Below the pieces are notes generated by a model. It was not told the DNA's origin. It was given only the letters and a program-made list of their open reading frames with translations, and ran no database searches. A DNA stretch of 63,844 nt, the filler included, from Craspedostauros australis (lineage: Eukaryota): the NCBI GenBank assembly GCA_030167865.1. It is 4 parts of 4 records of this genome, joined end to end, with 100 filler letters (N's around TTAATTAATTAA, not from the genome) between each part and the next. Parts side by side here need not be neighbours in the genome. Positions count along the whole stretch, not along the records: positions 1 to 28,840 come from JALAGF010003280.1; 3 more parts are not named here. One strand, given 5' to 3'. Numbering within the stretch: the first letter of the stretch is position 1; every line of letters begins with the position of its first letter. Both the position numbers and the translations under genes were made by a program. Of the stretch, positions 11,935-25,200 are shown piece by piece.

Positions 11935-12494
11935 TGAGATCAGCGAGGTTGGTACGGATCACGATGGTGAACGGGGAGCCTCAGAGCTGCGTACTCCATG
12001 GTAGTTGAGCATCGCGCAATCAAACACATCAAATGTAACATAAAACTACGAGTACTACTCAACCAATACTCCGTTGCACGACATGCTGTTGTTCTGTTTG
12101 GTCTGCTCTGCTCTACTTTACTATCCCTCACGTCTCTTCATTTCTCCTTCGGCGAGTCCATTGTGTGCCGGAATCCGCTACTCTGCCCTGCACTGCATTG
12201 CCCTGCATTACATACACCGCGCAACAGGTATGTATGCTGCTATCTTTGCTCATGCGAAATGCCATCTGAGTTCGACTGGATTAAGCGCCATCTCTACAAC
12301 GGAATCAGTAGCCAACATCACAAGGAGTCAAAACACTCTCGCAAACAAGCGCATAATTGGAAGAACGTTTGCTCCTCCACTGGTATTGTTTCATTACAAG
12401 GGCTCTTTAGAGTAAAATACGACGTAGCACACCACACCAATAGCGTGGGTCCGTATGGTACCCACAGACACAGACTTCTGTGACTTCTTCCTCG

Positions 12495-15400
12495 TTACCG
12501 TTCTGGGGATCTCAGCGAATCGTTGCACAGGAACTCGAAATTGGTGCCAAGGAATTTGCACTCGCAGGCGCCGCCGTCGCGACAACAGAACAGGCAGCAT
12601 GTGCAGACCATCTCGTCGAGGCAGTCGGTGTAGAATTCTGGGACCGTGAGATCGTACACATCGCACATATCCTGTGGGACGTTGCCGGTCAGGTTGTTGT
12701 CATCCAGCCGTAGCCTCGTGACTCGGGTGAGCCCGGAAAAGCTGGATGGAATTTGGCCGACGAGGTTGTTGGAGTGCAGATTCAGCTGCCTGATTGCCCT
12801 GAGGTCGCCCAGCTCTGATGGTAGTGGTCCCGACAGCCGATTGGAAGACAAGTCCAACTTGTCGCGGATCGCCGCGAGATTTCCAAGCTCGCTGGGGATC
12901 GGCCCTGTGAAGCCATTGTTGGATAAGTCCAACGTCAGCATTCTGTTCAAGTTGCCCAATTCCGTTGGAAGGAAGCCAATGAACGTGTTCGATTGGGCGA
13001 AGAGGGTTCGCACCAAGACCAGCTTCCCGATCTCCGATGGAATCGAGGTGAAGCGATTGCGATGGATGTCCAAGTTTTCAAGCGTCGCGATGTTCCCGAT
13101 TTGAGATGGGACGTTGCCAACCAAGTCGTTCTCTGCCAAGATCATGCTCTTCAGACTTGTGAGTCCGCCGATCGTGGCTGGCAAGGAATTTTCAAGTTCG
13201 TTGTTCTGAACATCGAAGAAGGTCAGCTTTCCGAGCTGCCCGATGGATTCTGGGATGCTCCCGACAAGCAAGTTCCCGCACATGTCGATAGAATCGATGT
13301 CGACCCAGTTGCCGATGCGTTCTGGAATGGTGCCGCCAATGTTGTTGCCACGGATGGTGAACTCCTTCAAGTTGACGAGGTTTTCGAATTCCGATGGAAT
13401 GGTGCCTTGGATGGCCACGGCAGATCCCGCGCTGTCCAGATCGATCGCCGTGAGGCTGTTGGAGAGCAAGGCGATTTCGGGCGGGAGGCTCCCGCCAAGG
13501 TTATTGAGATCAAGCTTCAATGTGATCAGTTGACCAGCCGCGTTGCATGGATCGGTCGCGCTGCCAGTGTACCACTGACATTCTTCATCCTCGCTCAACC
13601 AAAGCGTGTTGTCGATCCAATCATCTCCGTCAGTGGCAACGTACAATGTTGCCATGACGAATCGTTGCACCTGCTGTTCCACGGACATCGTTGCGAAGTT
13701 GGAAGTGGTGGAAAGCCACTGGAACGCTTCGCCTTGGGATGTGCCCGGATCATCCAAGAGTGGTTCAACCGATGGCGATGCTGCGATGATATTCATGCGC
13801 AGCTGGGTGACGGGATCCATCGACGGGCGATCGCTGGGGACCGCAGATGGTCGCAGCGATGGTCTGAATGAAGGCATCTGCGTTGGAGTCTGACTACCAC
13901 CAAGCGTTGATGGTGCCTGACTCACATCGTTGGTCGATGGCTGCGCAGAATCCAGCGGTGATGGTCTGACCGATGGCGACGAGCTTGGGAAACTGGATGG
14001 GTGCTTCGATGGAGGGACTGTGGGAGTGCCGGTGTCGCCAAGCATAGATGGAACGCCAGATGGACTGGAAGAGGCAAATGCCGATGGCGTACCTGATGGA
14101 AAGACTGATGGCATTACGAACTCCGATGGCTGGATGGATGGGGCGGATGACGGAGACTGCGACACGTCGACGGACGGAATCGCGGACGGTGCAAGGGTGT
14201 CATTTCTGGTCGGCCCCATCGAAGGTGCCGCCGAAGGGACCTGAGTTGGTTGGGATGATCCCATGGGGAAACTCGTTGGATGCTCGGATGGTTCCTGCGG
14301 TATGGCAGACGGCGGCGAGGTCGGTAAAAGCGACGGCGACATGGAAGGAACCACCGACGGGCTTGCTGTTGGCTCGCCTTCTATCAAACCCAAATCGATC
14401 TCCCGAGACCCGCTCGCCTTTCGTGACTCATCGATCAAGAAGTATGCAGGAATTGCGATGGCGGCCGCCAGCAGGAAGAAGCAGAACAAACGTGTGCAAT
14501 TTCTGCGAACTTCGGACGCCGCTGGCAACTTGTGGAACTCCACTGGTGCTGATTCTGCCTCCGATCCCATGCCGCTCTCTTCGTCAGCGTACGGGTTGTT
14601 GTCGTACGGATCAAAGTGCGATGACTCCGACGGTTCCTCGATCTTCACGGATTGTGCAAAGTCATCGAGGATGCCGCCTTCGTTCAGATCCTGGAATGCG
14701 TTCATATCTGCCAAGGATAGACTGGCAGCGCTCGCTTGGGGATCATTCTGCGGCACCGCCGGATCAGGGCGAGGTTGGTAGGCAGCCTCCTCGACTGGCA
14801 CAATTGACATCGACAGTTCATTCGAAGCACCAACTGAAAACGAGCCGACGCTGTCATGGTCAGCCTCAGGCTGCAGAGTTGTCATCTGGAAGGAACCTTC
14901 AGCCTCGGATGATGCGATTCCATCGAGCACATCCTTCGTTTGTTGATCGTTCCTTGCATAATCTTGCTCTTGTGATGCACCACCGGCGTTCATCGCATCT
15001 GCAGTATCCGCGGTCTTCGACGTCATAGAATCTGCCCCCGGACTCAGAAGCGTTTCCAGCGGCATGGATTCGTCAGATTCATAGGATGCCATCGAAACAG
15101 AGATGTTGCTTTGCCTGGAAATGAATCCTGTGTTGCCACCACGGAAGTTCATCTCGATAGATTCATCAGAGTCGGACTGAGGATACTGCAGCGCGCCAGT
15201 TGCCACCGCGGTTGCTCCCAAGGCCGTGGCGCCACCGGCAGCAAGAGCAATCGACCTGACAAAGGCGTCGTTGCTTTGACTGTCTGCATTTCTGCTCGTG
15301 GCGCTGGAAGGCATGCTGGGATCTGCGGAGCTCACAGATGACTCGAAGATCAACGATGATGCATCCGAATCAGTGATGTTCAGTTGGCTGCTTTCGTTTG

Positions 15401-18400
15401 AAGTCATGGTGCGGCTTGCGACCGGAACGGTCCCCAATGCTGGATTGGAGTACGGAAGGGATGTAGCCTCTGTCGATTCGTTTGCGTTTGTGCGATCATT
15501 GTGCTGGAAGCCTGCAACTTCTTGTCCACCTTCGTTGATGTCATCATCGTAATGTTGGCTGCCCTCGCTGGCCTCATGATCGTCGTTCTGATCCACGATG
15601 GCGACCGCGGCTGCGGCTGTGACGCCAGCCAACGCGGCTGCCGCCAATCCAGCAGAAGCAGCAGCAAGTGCGTCCGATGTGCCGTCCGTTTGGGCTGTGT
15701 TAGTTGGACTTTCCGCGCTCGAAGCCTCCAGATCGAACTCGGGTGCATCTATTCCTGCTTCGGACATTGTTGCGAACGGCTTCTCCGATGATCTTGGTGA
15801 TGGGTTGAACTCGTTGAAATCGAGATTATTCGCGTCGTCATCCCTTCCAAAATCATCATACGTGTCGCCCCTTTGGGATGCCGACAGCGCGGCCAAAGAA
15901 GCATGAATGGCATCCTCCTGATCGCGCAGAGCTGACACCCTTGACGTCGGAATAGCGGGTTGCACCGATTCGTCCGGACCAGCAGCAGCAGAAAATCCGC
16001 GATGCTCGAAAGATGGTGAAACACGTCTTGGTGCTGGGGCTGGTGCATCAATCGTCGGAAAGGAGTCCCAGTTGCCAATCTCATCGCTTGCATGCAGACT
16101 CTCATCTTGAGACTGCGTGTGATCCGATCGTTCAGTGGTCTGTTTGTTCTGCAGCGGTGATGCGGCGTACGAGGTTGAACTGACAGAACTGGACAATGCG
16201 GCGAGCTTTGCTGCGGCCATTTGTTTCTCACGACGTTTCTGCTCCAATCGTGACATGATGTTGGAGCTTCTGTTGGACGATCCGACGGGGATGTCGCTGA
16301 CGGTTGCAACATTCGAAATGGACGAGACGTCGCTTGGAACGCCTGTAATCGAGTCCTGAAAATCGCTCACTGAGCCCTTCGCTGGCTGTTCTGACGTGGA
16401 TGATCCCGCAGGTGTTTCCGTGCGAAAGGTAGACCTTTCGGATTGTGCTTCGCCCGCTGGCGTGGATGTTGGTAATTGTGTGAAGGCAACTGCTGCAGCG
16501 GATCCCAACACTGCAGCACCTGCTACTGTTGCTGCTGCCACCCCCACAGCCGGCGATACGCCCTTCTCGTTGCCTTTTTCGTCGTCAGTTGAGTCATCGC
16601 CAGCAGTCGCAACATCACTGGATGCCATCACCAAGGAATCCGCATCCACGCTCCTGGCCTGTTCTTGTTGCTGCTGTTGTTGTTGTTCGATATCATCATC
16701 ATAATGGGTATCGTGCATCGATTGAGAGGGAGAATCATGATGAGTGCTTGAGTGAAGGGACTTATCATCAACAATCATCATGGTATCATCGACCTCATCC
16801 GCCATCGTAACATCATCCACTGCCTCATTCACGTTCGGAGAATCATATTTTTGTGATGGTACTTCCTCCTTCACTTGGACATCATCTGCTGCACGCTGCG
16901 CTTCAACGTCATTTGGTGTAACATTCAAATCTCGTGATGCAACATTTGCTGCGTTTTCCTCATAATTGTACGTGGCATCCGTGGTGACGGCATCCGTGGT
17001 GACGACATCCGATTCAACTGCATCATCACCTGGCATCGCACTGTCCATCGGTTCATGAGTCTGTTGCAGAGATTCCGGATCATATTCTCGTCCATCATCA
17101 TCGTCGTCGCCATCCGCACCGGGTGGTTTGCGCCACGCCATGTATCCTGCAGCTCCGGCCGCGGCTGCTGCTGCTGCTGCCGCAACTCCACCCATGAATC
17201 GCAAATTTCCTGTGGGCGTGGTCTCTGGTTCGTCTTCGTCATTGTCGCCATGCGCGCTATTGCTATCATCGGTCTCGGGATGATCGCTGTGGGGTCGATG
17301 ATACTGCAATGCCGATGCCTGGAGACTATCGGGCGGTTGTTGATGCCTCATGACGCCACGTTCGACGCTAGTTGCCATCGCGGCAACGTCAGCAGGCGCG
17401 ATCAAGATGGAATCTGCCTGAACCGTATCATCTTGCACGACGATCATTGGTGACAGTTCCGGTTGCGGCGAGGGTGGTTCCGAACTGCCCATGGGAGTAG
17501 TCTCGCTATCCTCGGGCATGCTGTCGGATTGCGTATCATTCTGGCTGAGGAGATTGGTGCTGGTGTCTTCGTCGCTGTCGGAATCTCCCAAACCCAGCAT
17601 GCTGTTCACAATCTTCATGTCATCGTCGTTCAAGATCTCGGATTGCGCTTTCGCCGCGCGTTGTTGTTGTGAGTAGGACGATGACCGCGATGTGCTGTCA
17701 TCGGTGAGGAATCCCGTGCGGCTTCGGTCCGATCTGTCGCTGATTTCATAATCGTCGATGCTGCCACGACGCGTCGGAGTGTAGTCCAAGGGAACGGCTC
17801 CGAGCTTCCTCGTGCGTCGCGTGCTGGTGCTCGTGGATGCCGTGCCCGCGCTGCCAACGCTGCTGGCATCATCGACGATGACGGCCTGCATGACATCTGT
17901 CTCCCACTGGTGGCTGTGCGTGGAGTCGTCGCCCGAGATGTTGCCGGTCAAGGAGAGATCGCTGCTGCCTGAGGCCTTGCCGGAGGAGGATGCATTGGTG
18001 TTGGACAAGCCTCGTGTCAGGAATTGTCGGTACTTTTCGTATCTCGGCGTGACCTCCTTGGCGCTAGTTCGTGTGGTGGGTGGTTGTCCCAGGATGCCTC
18101 CACTGCCGACGGTGGCCATGCTTTCAACGCTGGCACCGGTGGAGGAAGTGCGCGAGACCTGAAAGTTGCCTGGTATGAGGGAGGGCGGTGGCACGATCAT
18201 GGTGGTGGCCTGCGTGCTGGATTGATCGGAAGGAGCCCGGTGTGTTGCATCCTGACCGCCAATTTCGATATCAAGGCCACCATCGTCATCGTCGCTCAAT
18301 GTGATGCCCTGATTGGCAGCATCGTGAGGGACGGTGATGAAGGGCGAACCGAACGTGGGGAAGGACCCCGTGGTTCCCTGCTGCTGGTGCGATCGATCGT

Positions 18401-19433
18401 CATCAGAACTCCCCTCCGACGTTCCCTCATGGTCTTCGTCGCTATTTGGTGGCAAGGAGGATGAAGAGTGATACTGGACCTGCGTTGCGTAGTAGTTGGC
18501 ATAGTAGGCGTCGTCAGAGTCATCAGGTATTATTGTGGATGGGGCGCCCGTGCCTGCCCCTGCGCTTGCATCTGTACTTGTGCGGCTGGTGATTGCATGC
18601 GGGTCGCTCGGTGCGTTGCCTGTTGCAGTGTTGAGGTCTGATATGATGAGGGTGGGATTGGATGCCGCGGCCTGAGACATTGCTTTCGACGCTGATCCGT
18701 AATGCTTAATGCGTGCGCTGAGTGGAGACTTGGTGTTTCTGGGTGAGATGGAGACCTGCGATACGGTGGTGGCCGTCGCAGAAGCATGGGGCTGCTGCTG
18801 CGTTTGAGTGAAGGAATGGTGCAAGGGAAGCGCGGAATTTGACGATTGCATCGCTTCCAGTGAAGACGCGCTTGTTCCCAGCAGATGCTGTGGCTGTTGT
18901 GGCTGTTGTGGCTGCTGAGAGTTGGAGGCGCGTGAAGACAGCGATGTTCTGACCATGGGAGCCACGAAGACGCTTGTGCCTTGACCTGTTGGTGCGCCTG
19001 CGTCGAATTCTTCTTGACTGGCGTTGCTGACGGTGTAGGAGATGTCCATGTCTGTGGTGGACGCAAGCGAATGATCCTGCAGCAGACTGGGGTTGCTGAT
19101 GTTGGCCACGCCGCTTTCTGCATCACCACCGAAGCGTTGCATCCGCAGCTTCTGATGCTGCTGCCTCATGATGGGCGATGTCAGAGAGTCGTTTGCGTGT
19201 CTCACGGTGCTGGCGCTTGGAGTTGCGCTGTCAGCTACGCTCGTATTGGTGTCTGCGTCGACGTCTGCGTTTGCGTCTGCCATTGTATGCAGAGGAGTAT
19301 CATTGTCAGCAGTCTCGAGCGGGGAATTGCTATCACCACCGTCGTCTCTAGCGTCTCCAGCGTCTCTTGCGTCTCCTGCGCTCTGCTGACCGTACGCGGC
19401 CAAGTACGACTGAGTTGCTCTGTTGGGGTTCAT
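12495..19433 (-). CDS. Type II membrane LRR receptor-like protein (no kinase), 2312 aa
   Basis: Long acidic S/A/D-rich N-terminus, TM (RRNCTRLFCFFLLAAAIAIPAYFLI), PS-rich stalk, QRFVMATLYVATDGDDW cap, LRRs, C-cap CTCCLFCC. Same architecture as its neighbours. Confidence 0.9.
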   Translation of the reverse strand: MNPNRATQSYLAAYGQQSAGDARDAGDARDDGGDSNSPLETADNDTPLHTMADANADVDADTNTSVADSATPSASTVRHANDSLTSPIMRQQHQKLRMQRFGGDAESGVANISNPSLLQDHSLASTTDMDISYTVSNASQEEFDAGAPTGQGTSVFVAPMVRTSLSSRASNSQQPQQPQQPQHLLGTSASSLEAMQSSNSALPLHHSFTQTQQQPHASATATTVSQVSISPRNTKSPLSARIKHYGSASKAMSQAAASNPTLIISDLNTATGNAPSDPHAITSRTSTDASAGAGTGAPSTIIPDDSDDAYYANYYATQVQYHSSSSLPPNSDEDHEGTSEGSSDDDRSHQQQGTTGSFPTFGSPFITVPHDAANQGITLSDDDDGGLDIEIGGQDATHRAPSDQSSTQATTMIVPPPSLIPGNFQVSRTSSTGASVESMATVGSGGILGQPPTTRTSAKEVTPRYEKYRQFLTRGLSNTNASSSGKASGSSDLSLTGNISGDDSTHSHQWETDVMQAVIVDDASSVGSAGTASTSTSTRRTRKLGAVPLDYTPTRRGSIDDYEISDRSDRSRTGFLTDDSTSRSSSYSQQQRAAKAQSEILNDDDMKIVNSMLGLGDSDSDEDTSTNLLSQNDTQSDSMPEDSETTPMGSSEPPSPQPELSPMIVVQDDTVQADSILIAPADVAAMATSVERGVMRHQQPPDSLQASALQYHRPHSDHPETDDSNSAHGDNDEDEPETTPTGNLRFMGGVAAAAAAAAAGAAGYMAWRKPPGADGDDDDDGREYDPESLQQTHEPMDSAMPGDDAVESDVVTTDAVTTDATYNYEENAANVASRDLNVTPNDVEAQRAADDVQVKEEVPSQKYDSPNVNEAVDDVTMADEVDDTMMIVDDKSLHSSTHHDSPSQSMHDTHYDDDIEQQQQQQQEQARSVDADSLVMASSDVATAGDDSTDDEKGNEKGVSPAVGVAAATVAGAAVLGSAAAVAFTQLPTSTPAGEAQSERSTFRTETPAGSSTSEQPAKGSVSDFQDSITGVPSDVSSISNVATVSDIPVGSSNRSSNIMSRLEQKRREKQMAAAKLAALSSSVSSTSYAASPLQNKQTTERSDHTQSQDESLHASDEIGNWDSFPTIDAPAPAPRRVSPSFEHRGFSAAAGPDESVQPAIPTSRVSALRDQEDAIHASLAALSASQRGDTYDDFGRDDDANNLDFNEFNPSPRSSEKPFATMSEAGIDAPEFDLEASSAESPTNTAQTDGTSDALAAASAGLAAAALAGVTAAAAVAIVDQNDDHEASEGSQHYDDDINEGGQEVAGFQHNDRTNANESTEATSLPYSNPALGTVPVASRTMTSNESSQLNITDSDASSLIFESSVSSADPSMPSSATSRNADSQSNDAFVRSIALAAGGATALGATAVATGALQYPQSDSDESIEMNFRGGNTGFISRQSNISVSMASYESDESMPLETLLSPGADSMTSKTADTADAMNAGGASQEQDYARNDQQTKDVLDGIASSEAEGSFQMTTLQPEADHDSVGSFSVGASNELSMSIVPVEEAAYQPRPDPAVPQNDPQASAASLSLADMNAFQDLNEGGILDDFAQSVKIEEPSESSHFDPYDNNPYADEESGMGSEAESAPVEFHKLPAASEVRRNCTRLFCFFLLAAAIAIPAYFLIDESRKASGSREIDLGLIEGEPTASPSVVPSMSPSLLPTSPPSAIPQEPSEHPTSFPMGSSQPTQVPSAAPSMGPTRNDTLAPSAIPSVDVSQSPSSAPSIQPSEFVMPSVFPSGTPSAFASSSPSGVPSMLGDTGTPTVPPSKHPSSFPSSSPSVRPSPLDSAQPSTNDVSQAPSTLGGSQTPTQMPSFRPSLRPSAVPSDRPSMDPVTQLRMNIIAASPSVEPLLDDPGTSQGEAFQWLSTTSNFATMSVEQQVQRFVMATLYVATDGDDWIDNTLWLSEDEECQWYTGSATDPCNAAGQLITLKLDLNNLGGSLPPEIALLSNSLTAIDLDSAGSAVAIQGTIPSEFENLVNLKEFTIRGNNIGGTIPERIGNWVDIDSIDMCGNLLVGSIPESIGQLGKLTFFDVQNNELENSLPATIGGLTSLKSMILAENDLVGNVPSQIGNIATLENLDIHRNRFTSIPSEIGKLVLVRTLFAQSNTFIGFLPTELGNLNRMLTLDLSNNGFTGPIPSELGNLAAIRDKLDLSSNRLSGPLPSELGDLRAIRQLNLHSNNLVGQIPSSFSGLTRVTRLRLDDNNLTGNVPQDMCDVYDLTVPEFYTDCLDEMVCTCCLFCCRDGGACECKFLGTNFEFLCNDSLRSPER

Positions 19434-22248
19434 GTTGCGGTTGTTGATGCTGTCGATGGTTGTATTCTATGCAGCTTTGTTGTGCTGTGCTGTGTTGTGC
19501 TGTGTTGCATACGCTGATGCACGACCAATACTTGACTCGGTGTTGGAATGATGCTCTTAGTAGTATTATATAATATAATACAATGTAATCGTATCAGTAC
19601 CAGTACGGATACAAGGCGAAAGGTGACGGCCAATGATCCTTTGGTGGATTTGGCGTTGTAAACACTTGAGCACTCGGAGGATCGCCGCGCTGCTTTTTCG
19701 TCGACCACAGTACTTCGAGTAGAGCAGACCCTTGGAATCAGTTGCGTTCCATCGACAGCGATGCCTCCGCTTCGAATGCAGAATGTTCTCGTGGAGTTTG
19801 TGAAAGAGTACTCAATGGTCGAGTAGCGCCTCCGTTCGTCCTCGTCGTTGGCCTCGTCCTTGCCTTTGCCTTTGCCTTGATCTCCAACTTTGGCAGCTCT
19901 GCTTTTGTGATGGCCATCGCAGAGAGCAACCTCCCTTTCTCTGGTTGTCGCTCAGGCGCCACTTTTGCACCTCGTTCCCACCGACCAACCAAGAAACAAC
20001 GACGACGCCTTCCGCTTCCGCATGGAATCGGCTCAACCTGCACCACGCGGTGTTTGTTGGTTTGAAACCGTTCGTTATAACGCCGCTTCCGAACGGCGAT
20101 CGCCGAGTCGTATCAGCAACAACCGTTGAACATGCCTCCACATGCGAATGCCTTAATTGCAATATGTCGCACAATATGTCCAGCGCAACAGTGTTGTCTT
20201 TTGGCGCCATTTGTGCCACTTTCTTGTGCCTTTCGGCGCCGCGTTGCAATCAAGTTGTGTCTTGATGGAGATGGTGCGCATTGGTTTCAGTTGTGGAACA
20301 TTCTGGTGGGAATCCTTGCGTGTGTTGCATCATCATGTTTCCCTATTGACTCGACGCGATGATGGATGCGGCGCGGCGCAATACGTGGCTGTCGATGGAT
20401 GGATCGAATCCATTCATGAACCATTCAACTCACTCGCCACATGCTCTTTCCGACATCAGTTTCGTGGTTTGACGTTGCGTTGAGTACGGATAGTCCAGCG
20501 CATAGTAATACGCGTAATATAGCATAGTAGCCCTGAAGCGTCATGCTGACTCTTTGTGCCTGCGCGCACTTCTTCGTGCAATCGATACCATTCGCGAAGA
20601 GTGGAGCAGAGCGTCGTGGTTTGCACCATCAAGACATGAAGCACCTCGGATAGTATGCACTCTATTCTGCTCTATTCTACTCAGCGTACTCATCTTGGGT
20701 GAAGATGGATCCAAAGACTCATCAGAGCCGATGTCAATTGGAAACGAAGACGTTGCGTTCGGAAAAGGAAGCGATATCTAATAGAGTCGTGGCGCTTACT
20801 TCCCTTGTCTCGTTGTTCATTGTGCATTGTGCATTGTACGTGGCTGGTGTCTCATGCCTTTCCAAGTTGCAAAGAGCTACACCTCGTTGTCTAGAGAGAA
20901 GCTATCGACAATGATAAGTACTCATATAGTCTCTATCAAGCAAGCCTAAGGCATCAGAACTAGTTCTATTCGCATTTTTCGCTTTTCACGACTAAAATGG
21001 CACAGCGAACAGAGAAGAAACCGTAACTGCCGATGAGCTGCTCGTGCACAAGACCCTCCATTTCCATCGCGACATGTTCCACAGTCTGTCGCATTGAGTC
21101 TCATCGTGTCTATAACATATTAATAGTATATAGCAGAGAATACTTACGATGCTGTGATGATGCCATTTCATCTGTGGTGATGCCTCGTTGCCAACGCAAA
21201 CGGGTCTCCATCAGGAACCGCATCAAAACCGTTGCAACTGAATCGAACAGACGAAGGAATGAGGCAACGTCGATGCGTTGTGTCTGTTGCACGCGACGTT
21301 GTGAGAGGAACGGTTGCAAAATGTGGAAGGGGCAATTTTTTGTTTGAACGGTGAGCCCTAAGTAACCTTCGCTCTGTGTCGTTTTCATGCGCGTGGACGG
21401 TCGTTCTTAGGAAACTGATTGTCACAGTGAGCTATTGAGTTGAACTCTGATTTGGAATCAACCGCCGTATTCTAATGAAGGTGGAGTATTTTATTTTCCG
21501 ACCATTGGGGAGTTATTTTTGAACTGCAATGTGACGTGTGGTCGCTGTCTTTCATACGTAAATCGTCCATGTGTGTCGTTAACCAAAGGTTTAAATTGTG
21601 GTGGTACCACCGCGGTGTCACGGGACAAACAGAGGAATTGTGGGATGCAAACTGATGGCGCCAACAACGATTTGCCGCCATCATGGCAAATGCCCTTCAC
21701 CCTTGTCTGTTGTTGGTGCTATTGTTGTTGTTATTGTTGTCGTTGTTGCGATCCAGTCCTTGATTGCGGAGGTTTCAAAGCTGTTAGATTCGAGTTTGGC
21801 CATGTTCTATCCGCACTCTCGACCCCATTCGAAAGACGTTTGCGGTGGTGGGATCATCGAATGCAATTTGAATTGCAGAGACAGAACCGTACGGAGTAAA
21901 ATAGAAATAGATTGAGAGTGGGGCGGACACTCAAACACACGAGACGGGCACTGTGACGATTTGTGAAGTTGCCTGCGTTTGCACCACCCACAGACAGACA
22001 TTGGCATTTTGGTCGGAGGTGAGACACGAAGAAAAAAGCGAAACAACGGCAGAAGACGAACACAAACGACAAAGAGAGCGCCAAGGAGGATACGCGCACA
22101 TCCAGAGCAGCTCGCACTCACACAAGAACACGAGGGCGCATTCTACTCGCAGCTTCGTTGGTCGCCGATCTATTATACCAACCACACAACCCACAACCCA
22201 CAACTCCACCAATAGCTCGAGCAACAGTAGAAGCAACAGCAGGGCACG

Positions 22249-25200
22249 ATGTTTCGGTTACTTGGGGGCAACCGACAGAGAAGCAATAGCAACAGCAACA
22301 GCAATAGCAACAGTCATAGCAATGGGGACAGCAACGATGACGCCGGCGACGCCGACAACAGAAGATCGCTCAGCAGCATCAACAGCCAGAGCAACAACAG
22401 CAACAGCATCAGCAACAGCGTGATCAGCAGCATCAACAGCCAGAGCGACAACATCAGCGCCAACGTCAGCGACGATGACAGCGATGCCAGAAACCCCGCA
22501 GCGCCCCTCACTTCGCAGCAGCTGGCCATCGGATCGCCGCAAGGAGTGGAGCTGTCATCCATGAATCCGTCCAGGAATCCATCCAGGGATCAATCCAGGA
22601 ACCACCCTTCGAGGCAACCGTCGGATGACAGCGCCGGGTCTTCGTCGTCCAACACCATGTACTCCACGACGGGTGCTGACGATGTGCACCAGCCACTGCA
22701 GTCACGGCCAGCAGGGTCATCGCCGGCGGATTCCTCCACACCAGGAGCGCAGTCATCGGGATCGGGCGGCACCTTTCTATCCGCCCGATCGCACGCCTCA
22801 TTGTCGCCAGATGAGGCTGCGGACCTTGTTTCTGGTCGCTCGACTGCTCGTCACACTCCCAACGACGTCAACAACAACGATGGCGATGACGGCATTGATG
22901 ACGACGACGACGACGTCTACGGACGCACGTCGGATTTCACGGCGTCCAGCCTCTTCTCGCCACCCGCGATACTGTTTTCACCACCGAGCGCCTTTCTCGA
23001 AACGCCACCCAACATAGATGACATGACGCAGGAACAAATTGCTGCATTGCGGGCCCGCAATCGCCAGGTCGAACAGACGGCGCGCACCCCGGCTTTCGTG
23101 CATCAATTGCGGGGACAGTCGGCGCTGGCAGATCTCATGAGTCCGCCCGTTCCCGGCATGCCCATGACGCCGGGGGCCCTCGCCATGATGACGCCCAATT
23201 ACACCTCCGATTCGGATTCCGACGCCGGATCCGTGCAGGAACCCTTTGCGGATCAAGTCAAGTCGTTGAATGCTTTGTTGACGAGTCCGGCATTGCGTTT
23301 GGGCAACTTGGCCAGAGCCATGAGCGATTCGGACGAAGATGAGGACAACGACGATGATCTGCGGATGGAGCAAAGCAATCAGGAAATGGCGCTGCGCATG
23401 CTGCAGCAGGAACTGGCCGAAGCAGATGAGTCCATCCTGATGGAATCGCCGGAGCTCTTGCCCAAGACTGCGCAACACCGGCAATCGCCCACGTTTGTGG
23501 CTGGTAGTGGGGATGACAACATTGACAATGTCTATGAAGATGATTCTGATTCTGATGATATTGATGATATTGATGCACCCGATTCGCCAATGCTCATGGA
23601 AGAATTACATGCAGTGACTCAACAACAGCAACAACAGCAACAGCCTTCGAGAAGGAAAGCAGACGAAGTGCCAAACACGCCGCCGGATACCAAGAAACCA
23701 CGCAGACGATTGTTCGAATCATTTTCACCCGCACCCTCGCTCGCTACTCCGGCTGCCAAAGTGCAGCAAGAGACCGTGGATCCGAAGGACGTATCGTTCA
23801 CTTCACCGCAAAGTTGGATTCAGCGGCTGGGCTTACTGGGATCCGCTGCCAAGAAACCGCCACAACCACTGGCAAAATCCGATGATCTCAAGCTTCAAGG
23901 ACAGGTGGACACCAACATCAACAGCAGCAGCGCCGAAAGCAGCGAAGGTCGCGATTCCATCGATCGATCCGGTTCCTTCCCCAGCGGACCCATCACACCA
24001 TCGCCACCCAAACGCAAAGGCGGATCACCGTACAACGACTACAAGATGGCGAGCATGCAGCTACCATCGCCCATTGCGCCGGTGCACGAGGAAGACGATG
24101 ACGATATTCACAGCCTTGACAGTGACGAAGGAAATGACACATCCATGGTGCCTCCCAACATCAACCTGCAATCGAACGCACCAATGTCGCAATCCTCGGA
24201 CGCAGCGCGTTCTCCATCGTCCATCGGCATGAGATCCACGCTCTTGCCACCTGCCGACATGTCGCAATCCATCGCCAATCTCGAAAATAGCCTCGGGGCC
24301 ACACCCCGCACGCCACCTTCCATGGTGCATGCAACCATCGCCATGCAGGTGGCCGATTCGGATGACGAGGTCGACGACGATATCAACAGCCAGCACCAAA
24401 TGTACTTGAAGCAGAGCATGAATTCCATGGCGTCCTTCGGCAATACTCAGCAACGCCGACAACTGCAACCGCGGATGGAGAATGACAACGAGCCGCACGT
24501 CACTTCGGTGGCATCGTTGGCTGCGGCAGCGGCCACGCTGCAAGGCGGAACTTCATTGTCACTAACGGAGAGGCAACCGCCCAGCCGTCCCACCGTCGGA
24601 TACCTGCCCGAACCGCTGTCACCGTCGACTCCAACATCTTCCACCAGACCGCAACCAACCCGAAATTCCGACCTCACGGGGCAATCGCACCGTTCCGTGG
24701 GCACGGACAACGCCGTCTTGGGGACGCCATCCATTTTCCCATCGCTCCCAACGGCATCGCCGTCGTCGGCGTCATCAGAAGGATCGTCTCCGGACGTTCG
24801 TGCCACCACCTCCACCCTCACAACGGGATCCGCCACGCCATCGTCAGATCGATCGCATCTGCAAGGAGAGCGCAGGCCGAAGGAGGGCGGAACGTGGCTA
24901 ATGAATATCCTGTCCTCCATCAATCCAACGGCCGCCAACGAGCCAAATTCGCCGTTGGCGGCTTCACCGATATCCGTCCGCATGGATGACAATTCCAGCA
25001 ATGAGGAGGACATAAACGAGAACGCAAACAACAACAACAACAACAACAACAACAGCATTAGCAATAATGAGAGCAACGAGAGCATCGAGTATGACAGCGA
25101 AAATGAATTCAATCGTCGTTCCAGAGAAGGAGAAGCATCGGGTGTATTGGACATCAGCAACGAGCTGAGTGACAACCAGAACAGCATGCTCAACAGCTCG

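Noticed and set aside
19434..22248. Many short ORFs in the divergent intergenic region between LRR genes
   Set aside because: No coherent codon or protein signal, and no splice-consistent model found.
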